Source: Clostridia bacterium (GTDB lineage: Bacteria > Bacillota > Clostridia > Oscillospirales > CAG-272). From it: DNA of 64,000 bases. This document shows positions 29,782 to 37,614 of the stretch, in pieces; position 1 is the first letter of the stretch; each line of letters begins with the position of its first letter. The notes under the pieces were generated by a model. It ran no database searches. It saw nothing but the letters and a program-made list of their open reading frames with translations, and was not told where the DNA came from. The translations under genes and the position numbers were made by a program. The DNA lies in assembly GCA_017536475.1 (NCBI GenBank), contig JAFXHH010000010.1, positions 3,365 through 67,364 on the forward strand, in the 5' to 3' direction.

Positions 29782-31560
29782 ATGGCAAAGGAAAGAAATC
29801 AGGTCCCTGCAAACCTTAAATGGAGAGTAGAGGATATTTACGAAAGCGTTGACGAGTGGAATAAGGTTTACGCCTCTCTTGAGGATAAGCTCGATTTCTC
29901 GAAATATGAGGGCAAGCTTGGCGATCCCGAGCTTTTGCTTGAGTGCTTGCAGGGAATGAATGCGGTTTGGCTTCATCTTGTTCAGCTTGCGGTATATGCT
30001 CACATGCGTCACGACGAGGACACCAGAAGCTCCGAGTTTACCGCGCTTCAGGCGCGTCTTGATATGCTTTGGATGAAGCTTATGGGCAGCGTTGCTTTCG
30101 TTGAGCCCGAGCTTACCGAGCTTCCCGTTGAATATCTTGAGGGTCTTATCGCGGACGAGAGATTCAAGGATTACGACTACACTATCCGTCAGACGATAAA
30201 GCGCAAGCCTCACGTGCTCTCCAAGGAGATCGAGGCGCTTTTGTCGCAGGAAAGCAGAGTTTTTGACTGCCCCTCGCAAGTGTTCGGTATGATAGACAAT
30301 GCAGATTTCCCCTATCCTACTATTAAGGTGAACGGAGAGAAGGTGACGGTTACGCACGGTATGTACGGAGTTATGCTTCACTCTCCCGACCGCAAGGCTC
30401 GCCGTGATGCCTTCCGCGCATATTACAAGGCTTACATAGGTCTTATCAATACGATCACCGCGGCTTACGTCGGCAACGTCGACAAGGACGTTTTCCTTGC
30501 TCGTGCAAGAAAGTACAATTCTTCGCTCGAGCGCGCGCTCGACAATGAGGACGTTGATGTAAAGGTATATCAGAATCTTCTCAAGAGCGTTAACAAGGCT
30601 CTTCCTCTGCTTCACAGATATTACAGAGATAAGAAGAAGATTCTTGGATACAAGTCCATGCACATGTACGACGTTTACGTTTCTCCCGTTGAGGATGCCG
30701 AGATCAAGGTTGATTATGAGGATGCGTTCAAGATCGTCAAGGAGGGTCTTGCACCCTTGGGTGAGGAGTACGCAAAGCTGCTTCAGGAGGCTCACGACAA
30801 CGGCTGGATAGACGTTGAGGAGACCGCAGGAAAGAGAAGCGGTGCTTATAGCACGAGCGCTTACGGCACTAAGCATCCTTACGTTCTGCTTAACTATCAG
30901 AAGACCACGAGCGACGTTTTCACTCTTGCTCACGAGCTCGGTCACGCTATGCATTCCTACTATTCCGATAAGAATCAGCCTCAGGAGAAGGCGGGATACA
31001 CCCTTTTCGTTGCAGAGGTTGCAAGTACGGTCAACGAGGTGCTGTTGCTTAAGTACTTGATGAAGACCACTACAGACCAGAAGCTGAAGAAATATTTGCT
31101 TTCCTACTATATGGATATGCTCAAGGGTACGTTGTTCAGACAGACTCAGTTTGCTGAATTTGAGTATATTGCTCACGATATGGCAGAGAAGGGTCAGCCC
31201 TTGACCAAGGATTCGCTCAACGAGGTTTATTACAACCTCAACAAGAAGTACTACGGCAGAAGTGTGGTCTCCGATCCCGAGATCGCATACGAGTGGGCGA
31301 GAATTCCTCATTTCTACAGAGGCTTCTACGTTTACAAGTACGCTACGGGTATTATCACAGCGGTATCCATTGCCGAGAGAATTTATAACGAGGGCGAGGC
31401 TGCGGTTGCAGACTACTTTAAGTTCTTGTCCTCGGGCGGAAGCGACAGCCCCGTTGAGCTTCTCAAGCTTGCGGGTGTCGATCTGACGAAGATGGATGCT
31501 TTCAATTCCTGCATGGCTTCCTTCAAGGCGGCTCTTGAGGAATTTGAGGCGTTGGATTAA
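29782..31560 (+). CDS. pepF: oligoendopeptidase F (M3B)
   Basis: 592 aa with the zinc motif HELGHAMH and the typical PepF N-terminus (WRVEDIY...). Confidence 0.93.
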   Translation: MAKERNQVPANLKWRVEDIYESVDEWNKVYASLEDKLDFSKYEGKLGDPELLLECLQGMNAVWLHLVQLAVYAHMRHDEDTRSSEFTALQARLDMLWMKLMGSVAFVEPELTELPVEYLEGLIADERFKDYDYTIRQTIKRKPHVLSKEIEALLSQESRVFDCPSQVFGMIDNADFPYPTIKVNGEKVTVTHGMYGVMLHSPDRKARRDAFRAYYKAYIGLINTITAAYVGNVDKDVFLARARKYNSSLERALDNEDVDVKVYQNLLKSVNKALPLLHRYYRDKKKILGYKSMHMYDVYVSPVEDAEIKVDYEDAFKIVKEGLAPLGEEYAKLLQEAHDNGWIDVEETAGKRSGAYSTSAYGTKHPYVLLNYQKTTSDVFTLAHELGHAMHSYYSDKNQPQEKAGYTLFVAEVASTVNEVLLLKYLMKTTTDQKLKKYLLSYYMDMLKGTLFRQTQFAEFEYIAHDMAEKGQPLTKDSLNEVYYNLNKKYYGRSVVSDPEIAYEWARIPHFYRGFYVYKYATGIITAVSIAERIYNEGEAAVADYFKFLSSGGSDSPVELLKLAGVDLTKMDAFNSCMASFKAALEEFEALD

Positions 31561-31584
31561 TTTTACTTGTTGGAGGATCTTATC

Positions 31585-31851
31585 TTGAAGATCAAGGACG
31601 GGTTCGTTTTACGTGAGGTCATGGGTAATTACGTCGCGGTAGCGGTTGGAGAGGCGAGCAAGAGCTTTCGTGGAATGATCAAGCTCAACGCGACTGCTGC
31701 TGATATCTGGAACTGCATTTCGCAGGGGATGGACGAGGACGGCATATACGACGTGTTATTTGCTAAATACGAGGTTGACGGAGAAAAGCTGCGCGCGGAC
31801 ATCAAAGCCACGCTCGAGACTCTTGAGGTCAACGGATTGCTTGAAAGATAA
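31585..31851 (+). CDS. PqqD-family (RRE-type) peptide-binding protein
   Basis: Contains KIKDGFVLREVMGNYVAVAVGE...LNATAADIWNCI...D.I...L...YEVD...L..D......L.....LL, the PqqD/RRE pattern. The likely start is the TTG at 31585, 8 nt after a GGAGGA. The track ORF begins at the TTG at 31567. Confidence 0.7.
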   Translation: MKIKDGFVLREVMGNYVAVAVGEASKSFRGMIKLNATAADIWNCISQGMDEDGIYDVLFAKYEVDGEKLRADIKATLETLEVNGLLER

Positions 31852-31852
31852 A

Positions 31853-32296
31853 ATGAACAAACGAATTGAGGAGCTGCTCGCCGAGGACGGAATCTACGTC
31901 AGTACGACGTCCGGAGTCAGCATGTTGCCGATGCTCAGGGACAGGCGTGATACTATAGTTATTACGCCTGCTTGTGAGCGTCTTAAAAAGTACGACGTTG
32001 CGCTTTATCGCAGAGGGGACGATTATTTGCTTCACCGTGTGGTAAAGGTCCTGCCCGACTCGTATATTATTTGTGGAGACAACTGTATAACGCTTGAGAA
32101 AGGAATAACCGATGCTCAGGTGATCGGCAAGCTGACCGAGGTCCGCCGCGGAGAAAAAACGGTCAGGCTGGACGGATTTAGGTACGGTGTTTATTGCCGA
32201 TATATAGTTGCGACCTTTTACCCTCGCAGAGCTTTCAGGAGGGTGAAGGGTGCTGTGTATTCTGCCGCCAAAAAGCTTTTCGGCAGAAAGAAATAG
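31853..32296 (+). CDS. S24/S26-clan serine peptidase (signal-peptidase/LexA-like fold)
   Basis: Catalytic-Ser box SGVSMLPML and a downstream LLHRVVKV box. The ATG lies 1 nt after the PqqD-like stop. No N-terminal TM. Confidence 0.7.
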   Translation: MNKRIEELLAEDGIYVSTTSGVSMLPMLRDRRDTIVITPACERLKKYDVALYRRGDDYLLHRVVKVLPDSYIICGDNCITLEKGITDAQVIGKLTEVRRGEKTVRLDGFRYGVYCRYIVATFYPRRAFRRVKGAVYSAAKKLFGRKK

Positions 32297-32324
32297 GGTT
32301 GATAACAACCAATGGAGGTATCCC

Positions 32325-32942
32325 TTGGAGGACATTAAATCAATTATTGCGGAAAATATCGTGCGGCTCCGTCACAGAAGCGGTATGACGCAGATAGGAC
32401 TCGCTGAAAAACTCAATTATTCGGACAAGGCGGTCTCGAAATGGGAGAGGGGAGAGTCGGTCCCCGATATTTCGGTGCTTAAAAATATTGCCGACCTTTT
32501 CGGAGTTACCGTGGATTATCTTATTGAGTCGGGGCATGAGGATGATGCCGACGACGCGATCGAGGTAGTGGTGGACGAGGCGGCTATCAAAAAGAAGAAG
32601 AGAAGCCGGGCAATGATTACGGGAATGAGTGTTTTGCTCGTTTGGCTCGTCGCTTCGGTGATATTCGTGCCGATCGATATTGCTACGACCGAGGCGGTGG
32701 CACACTGGCTGGCTTACGCTTATGCTGTGCCTGCGTCTATGCTGGTCTGGCTGATATTCAATTCGATATGGTTTAACCGCAGAAGAAATTATCTTATTAT
32801 TTCGCTGATGGTCTGGACGCTTCTTGCCGCAATTCATCTGTCGGTGCTTGTGGGTGGATATAACGTCTGGCAGATATACCTTTTGGGTATTCCCGGTCAG
32901 CTGATAATTTCGCTTTGGTCGGTTATTGGTAAAAAGATTTAA
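32325..32942 (+). CDS. XRE-family HTH regulator with a C-terminal multi-TM domain
   Basis: HTH region IVRLRHRSGMTQIGLAEKLNYSDKAVSKWERGESVPDISVLKNIADLFGVTVDYL, followed by about 4 TM helices. The start is inferred at the TTG at 32325, 6 nt after a GGAGG. Confidence 0.75.
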   Translation: MEDIKSIIAENIVRLRHRSGMTQIGLAEKLNYSDKAVSKWERGESVPDISVLKNIADLFGVTVDYLIESGHEDDADDAIEVVVDEAAIKKKKRSRAMITGMSVLLVWLVASVIFVPIDIATTEAVAHWLAYAYAVPASMLVWLIFNSIWFNRRRNYLIISLMVWTLLAAIHLSVLVGGYNVWQIYLLGIPGQLIISLWSVIGKKI

Positions 32943-32946
32943 CAAA

Positions 32947-32978
32947 AAAGGTCTTTCGTTAGGGGCGAAAGACCTTTT
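32947..32978. terminator. bidirectional terminator
   Basis: Stem AAAGGTCTTTCG...CGAAAGACCTTT. Confidence 0.7.
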
Positions 32979-32981
32979 CTC

Positions 32982-33548
32982 TTACTTTTTTCTGGTGCTT
33001 CTGTTATAGAGACGCAGGAGTGTGTAGCTCGTGTATCGGAGAATGAAAACGGGAAGGATACTGAGAATAAAGTTGACAACGATGACGGGTATACACACGG
33101 AGGGGGCATTGCAGTATGGAATAAACACGATGAGAATGCCGAGCAGAGCGTTGGCGATGTGTATGATAACTCCGTAATTTGCCTCGATTATGAAACGCTC
33201 GAGATATACGGGGTCGCTTTCGCTCTTAAGCTCGTTTTTGTGGAAGCTTGTGAAGCCTCCGAGCTCGGGAACCTTATCCTTCCACGCTTTTATCTTTAAT
33301 TTGTTATAAAAGTTCTTTTCTTTTTTTGACACCGTGAAGATCCTGCGGTTCGGGCGGTACCAAGATTTTGGAGTGAGGCGGCGCAAAATGAGTGCTGAGA
33401 TGCCGTCAATGGCAAAGGCGGCCACGGCACCAATACAGACTGCGCCTGCCGTTGAGATCAATGTTTCAACGGTAAAGGGTACGAAAAACAGAAGATTCAT
33501 CAATACGGTGAGTATTATTGATATGAAAATTGCTATCAGGTAGTACAT
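32982..33548 (-). CDS. membrane acyltransferase-like protein (glycosyl-4,4'-diaponeurosporenoate acyltransferase/CrtO-like family)
   Basis: 188 aa, 4-5 TM, with a family-like central motif KAWKDKVPELGG....F. Overlaps the upstream gene by 13 nt. Confidence 0.5.
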   Translation of the reverse strand: MYYLIAIFISIILTVLMNLLFFVPFTVETLISTAGAVCIGAVAAFAIDGISALILRRLTPKSWYRPNRRIFTVSKKEKNFYNKLKIKAWKDKVPELGGFTSFHKNELKSESDPVYLERFIIEANYGVIIHIANALLGILIVFIPYCNAPSVCIPVIVVNFILSILPVFILRYTSYTLLRLYNRSTRKK

Positions 33549-34408
33549 ACGTCAAATTCAACCTCGGTGGTGTATTCAAGCTTTTTGCCGTAAAAGCTTT
33601 CGTAGGTCTCCTTCCACAAGCGGTAGTTTTCGCGGCAGATGCGCTCGGTGTCCTCACGCACCGTCAGATTTTCATCGGGGAAAATGGGCGGGAGGATATG
33701 GACCGTGTAGGCTTGGATGGGGAGTCCTTCTGCGTTTGTTTTTTCGGTGTCCTCAAGCGTGATGAAGATCGGCAGGACGGGGACTTTTTCCTTGACCGCA
33801 AGTCTGAAGCTGCCCAGCTTTAAGGGGCGGGGCTTTTTATAGTCGTGCCACATGCCCTGCTCGGGATAGATCAGCACCTTTTCACCACGCTCGAATAGGA
33901 TGTGAAGTGCCGCAAAAAGCTCCTTCATACACGTTAGCGAGGAGGAGAGAGGCAGGGTGTTACAATGGCGGAAAAGATATCCGTAGAGCCCCGGGAAAGA
34001 GGTGTAATTGCCCTCGCGGATGATCTTATAAAGGTCTCTTTTGCCAAGCGTTTTTTTGAGTGCTTTATAGACGGCATAGTTATCAAAAACGCTGAAATGG
34101 TTGCAGGTGACGAGCGCTCCGCGGTCTTTGACGCTTGCAAGATTTTCTTGTCCGCGTATTTCTTTGAGCACGACATCGCCGTTTTTCATCATTTTTTCAA
34201 AATGGTTTTGTCCGATCTTGTTTGCAATTTTAGAGGCGATTTTGGTCGATAATTTTTTACAGGTGTAGTCGACCTCGCCCGGCTTCAGCGGTTGGGTGGG
34301 CGGATCGTCGTTGATGTCTCGGTCAAAGTAGCCCTTTTTTTCATATTCGGCTATTCGGTCAAGTCTTTTTTGCGCTTCGGGGGATATTGGCATATTAAAC
34401 CTCGGCAA
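33536..34408 (-). CDS. lysophospholipid (1-acyl-sn-glycerol-3-phosphate) acyltransferase family protein
   Basis: HX4D motif NHFSVFD and an IYPEQG box. Overlaps the GT8 gene by 14 nt. Confidence 0.75.
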   Translation of the reverse strand: MPRFNMPISPEAQKRLDRIAEYEKKGYFDRDINDDPPTQPLKPGEVDYTCKKLSTKIASKIANKIGQNHFEKMMKNGDVVLKEIRGQENLASVKDRGALVTCNHFSVFDNYAVYKALKKTLGKRDLYKIIREGNYTSFPGLYGYLFRHCNTLPLSSSLTCMKELFAALHILFERGEKVLIYPEQGMWHDYKKPRPLKLGSFRLAVKEKVPVLPIFITLEDTEKTNAEGLPIQAYTVHILPPIFPDENLTVREDTERICRENYRLWKETYESFYGKKLEYTTEVEFDVCTT

Positions 34409-35354
34409 AGATAAGATTTTCTGCGGGAAGCGCAGCTGCTCCCATCGATTCGACCTCGGAGATCGCGAGGTTTACGAGCCCCTCGTATTGCATACTGTCG
34501 CGCAGCTTTTCCTCGGCGGTATAGGTCGCCTTCTGATTAAGGAGATCTGCGTAGAAATGGGTATTTTCCGCGTATTTCCAGAAAAGCTCGGCGTAGGGGA
34601 TGTTGTCGTATCTCCAGGGCTTGAAGTTTATCTTGTAGTGAGCGATCTTGGGGATCATGCGGCGGTTTGAGTCGGGCATAGGCGTTTTATTCCACTTGGT
34701 CGCGAGCAGAGTGGTCTTGCGATAGCAGATGACGTTGAGATAGTCCTGATCCTGCGCGACGCGATAGGTCCTTTTGCCGAGAAGGCTTGCAAACTGCTCC
34801 TCGATTTTTACGTTTCTCATTTCGGCGAGGTTAAGTGTAAGGATTCCCGCATTGAAATACTCGTTTCTCGGGATGCCGAGCACCTTTTCGGAATATTGAG
34901 CGAAAACTTCTATGTCGGTGATCACCTCGTCGGGCACTGCCGCTACGAGATTTTTGCCGAGGGGCGCGTGATAGAGCTTTGCGATGTCGTCAGTAATGAC
35001 TATGTCGCAGTCAAGGTATACGCCTCGGTCGTACTCGGGGAACATTTCGGGCACGAAGAAGCGATAGTAGGTCGCCTTGGTGTAGTAGTCGCGCATGTGG
35101 AGACGCTCGCAGATGCCGCGAAGCTTGTCGGCGACGCTGTAAAAATCAACTCTTACATTTTCGGTCTGCATATCGCAGAGGATCTTTTTGTTTTCGTTGC
35201 TGAGCGTGTCGATGAGAACGTGAACTTTATAATCGTATTTTGGCGAGCTGTTCGCGATGAGCGAATTGAGGGCTACGCATAAAAAAGGGACGTAATTGTC
35301 GTCGGTAGCAAAAAATATCGGAATCAGCTCTTTTGTTTTCTTCTTGTCGTTCAT
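34395..35354 (-). CDS. glycosyltransferase family 8
   Basis: Starts IPIFFATDDNYVPFLCVALNSL, with a DxD motif (YLDCDIV) and a C-terminal HYKINFKPW region. Confidence 0.85.
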   Translation of the reverse strand: MNDKKKTKELIPIFFATDDNYVPFLCVALNSLIANSSPKYDYKVHVLIDTLSNENKKILCDMQTENVRVDFYSVADKLRGICERLHMRDYYTKATYYRFFVPEMFPEYDRGVYLDCDIVITDDIAKLYHAPLGKNLVAAVPDEVITDIEVFAQYSEKVLGIPRNEYFNAGILTLNLAEMRNVKIEEQFASLLGKRTYRVAQDQDYLNVICYRKTTLLATKWNKTPMPDSNRRMIPKIAHYKINFKPWRYDNIPYAELFWKYAENTHFYADLLNQKATYTAEEKLRDSMQYEGLVNLAISEVESMGAAALPAENLIFAEV

Positions 35355-36028
35355 AATCGTTTATCCTTTCCTGAATCGAATTATCTTATCGTTAATACGT
35401 GAAGTCCATAAAATGTTGCAATGCGGCTGCCGATGTCGGCGCCGCGCCTTCCGTATACTATAATATCCCGTTTTTTCGGCGGAGTCAAGGAACTGATCGT
35501 TCAGCGGGGTCTACGGCTGGGATATCGCGACTCTACTGCGAGTAAAATGGCGGTTCTACTGTCGGTAGAGATGGCTTGCTGCCTTGTGACAAAAGGGGTT
35601 TTGGCATAATATTACAAATGCGGCGGCACGGGGACCGATCGAGCGTCGAATTTTAAATCGAAGAATTTTGAAAAAAGAATTATCCTCATTTTGCCATACA
35701 TTTTTTGAATTTGTGCGCGACATAATAACATCAGAGATGCAAAGCAGGTCGATCTCACGAGATGATTTGGTCTGACGCAGGATAATGAAAATTTTGCGCC
35801 GCAAGTCACCCTCGGTCATCGCAGGGCTTGCGGTGCAGCTCGATTCAATATAGATTTCATTATTAGATATTATTTTTTCGCGCATGCGGAAATTTATTAA
35901 GGAGAAAAGCGTGAAGATGATCTCTTGCGGATAGGTGAACAAACCGCTTCACGCGAATGTTTTGCCGAAAGGCAAAATATATTGATTATGTTTTGTGCCG
36001 CCCAAGGGCGGCGGAATGGAGAAATATT

Positions 36029-36220
36029 ATGGCAAACAAGAATGCTAAGAAGGCTCTTGAACAGTTCAAGATGCAGGCAGCAAGCGAAGTAGGCGTAAAT
36101 CTTAACCAGGGCTACAACGGTGACCTCACCTCTCGTCAGGCAGGTTCTATCGGCGGTCAGATGGTCAAGAAGATGATCGAGTCCTACGAGAACTCTCTTC
36201 AGAACGGTACTGCTAGATAA
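36029..36220 (+). CDS. alpha/beta-type small acid-soluble spore protein
   Basis: The sequence MANKNAKKALEQFKMQAASEVGVNL...GDLTSRQAGSIGGQMVKKMIE matches the SASP signature. Confidence 0.92.
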   Translation: MANKNAKKALEQFKMQAASEVGVNLNQGYNGDLTSRQAGSIGGQMVKKMIESYENSLQNGTAR

Positions 36221-36251
36221 TTGCTTATTCTGAATTGACTTTGGGTAAGAA

Positions 36252-36280
36252 AAGCCTCCGCGTCATCGGCGCGGAGGCTT
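36252..36280. terminator. bidirectional terminator
   Basis: Stem AAGCCTCCGCG...CGCGGAGGCTT. Confidence 0.7.
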
Positions 36281-36304
36281 GTTTGTCGTTATGATTGTTT
36301 TGTT

Positions 36305-37324
36305 TTAGACGGTTTCGGTTTCGGGGGTGTCGTCCTGCGGCTCTTTTATATACTCACTCTTTTTGGTGGGCATAAGCAATGCGCCGAGGAGAGCAATCAA
36401 GAGCAGTATCGTGACACCAAGGCCTCCTTCAAGGCCGAAGTCGCCGCCGTGAAGAATTGCTCCGACGTTTGATTGCGTGCTTGTGAATACAGAGTCGAAT
36501 TTGACGATTCCGCTGACGTTAAAGCCAAAGACGTTGCCCTGACAGAAGTTCCAGGCGGCATGGATCGCACCGACTGCCCAGATACTGCCGCGCTTCAGCA
36601 TAAAGACACCTGCAAAGACTCCGAAAAGGAAGATGTTAATAAATGCGATAAAGCTGAAGCTTGCATTGCCGAGGTGGAAGACTGCAAAGAAGGTCGCGCT
36701 TATGAGGATCGCAGGCCAGGTTTTTAATTTGCGAGCAAGGGAGGTCATCAGATATCCTCGGAAGAGCGCTTCCTCTGCCATTCCCTGTATCAAAAACGCA
36801 AGCAGGAAAAGTCCTATCATAAGGTAATCTGCATTTTCGGTCAGGGTCAAGGTCACGCTGCCCGTGGCGACGCAAGCTGCGAGGGGAAGGGAGATCATAA
36901 CTGCGCCGATAACGATGCCCATCAGGTATTCGGGCACGCATCCGCGTGCGGTAAAGCCGAGTGTGTATGCTTTTCTCTTTTCAAAAAGCTTGCAATAGAG
37001 CAGGGCGGCAACGATCATAAACGCCGTTGATGCGAGGATCAATACGTAGTACAATGGCGGCAGATCGTTCATAAAGTTGATCGCGTATTCCGTTATAGCA
37101 TCGGGGTTGAAGGTCTCTGCCATAATGAGATCGTAGTACGCGGGATCGGTCATCATAGCGATCATGGTGTATAAGAACGAAACGATGCTTTGCGGCACCT
37201 GGGCGATAAGCGACACGAGAAGAAAGATCAGAACGTCGATAGTGAAAGGTTTTGACCTTTTTTCGAGAGGCAGGCTCATTTGCGCGCCTGCAAGCATTCT
37301 CGTCAAACCGATATGATATAGCAT
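36305..37324 (-). CDS. CPBP family intramembrane glutamic endopeptidase (CAAX protease-like)
   Basis: Motifs EEALFRGYL, FAVFH and HAAWN. Start taken at MLYHIG with GGAGG upstream. The ORF is open from 37396. Confidence 0.85.
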   Translation of the reverse strand: MLYHIGLTRMLAGAQMSLPLEKRSKPFTIDVLIFLLVSLIAQVPQSIVSFLYTMIAMMTDPAYYDLIMAETFNPDAITEYAINFMNDLPPLYYVLILASTAFMIVAALLYCKLFEKRKAYTLGFTARGCVPEYLMGIVIGAVMISLPLAACVATGSVTLTLTENADYLMIGLFLLAFLIQGMAEEALFRGYLMTSLARKLKTWPAILISATFFAVFHLGNASFSFIAFINIFLFGVFAGVFMLKRGSIWAVGAIHAAWNFCQGNVFGFNVSGIVKFDSVFTSTQSNVGAILHGGDFGLEGGLGVTILLLIALLGALLMPTKKSEYIKEPQDDTPETETV

Positions 37325-37614
37325 AAAACCTCCATTCCTCCGCCATTGCAGCGGTACAAATATAATCGATGAATTTTGCCAAAAGGCAGATTTCACGCGA
37401 GAAACAGTTGATTTGCCTATAAATTGAAAGCAACCTTCACGCTAACGCCTCTTTTTTATTGATTATTTTCAGTATAGCACTCAAATATTAAATTTTCAAT
37501 AATTTTTTATTAAAAGGTGACAAATATGAGTTTTTATGGTATAATTGATTATGGTGCACGGCGAGATCAGCCGTTGCAACTTGATTTTTGAGATCTTATT
37601 AGGAGAATTCATTT

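Noticed and set aside
29584-31311. Very long antisense ORFs opposite confidently identified genes. Examples are 29584-31311 (antisense to pepF), 51137-53035 (purO/purH), 56089-58047 (purL), 58582-59994 (fhs) and 18604-20301 (infB). Others are 5284-6588 (ftsH), 15881-17029 (nusA), 37609-38757 (M29 aminopeptidase), 48313-49422 (purF), 61251-62537 and 43945-44895.
   Set aside because: - Each lies exactly opposite a gene with strong family motifs.
- Their translations are low-complexity (L/V/R/S-rich) with no motifs or RBS.
- Open antisense frames are an expected by-product of the codon usage of the sense genes.
35420-35640. The GC-rich structured segment tested by eye as tmRNA, SRP RNA, RNase P RNA or 6S RNA. 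It was also tested as a c-di-AMP (ydaO), c-di-GMP-I, T-box, cobalamin, TPP or purine riboswitch.
   Set aside because: - It has only short chance similarities, e.g. AUUCGACG, AAGGCAGCAAGCC and AGCGGGGUCUACGG.
- The diagnostic motifs are absent. These include the tmRNA ends and tag ORF, the SRP GGAA-loop domain IV, the RNase P GAGGAAAGUCC, the T-box sequence and the B12 box.
- It is left as an unassigned candidate.
35556-35942. A 128-aa minus-strand ORF (and the 62-aa plus-strand ORF at 35421-35609) in the long intergenic region.
   Set aside because: - There is no Shine-Dalgarno before any of the candidate Met codons.
- The ORF spans an AT-rich stretch and then the GC-rich structured segment.
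- The composition is atypical and no motif is recognisable.
35951-35985. A possible forespore sigma-G type promoter (GAATG, 18 nt, TATATTG) upstream of the SASP gene.
   Set aside because: The match to the sigma-G consensus (GnATA / CATnnTA) is only partial, and the spacer is occupied by a perfect hairpin. It is too weak to call without TSS data.
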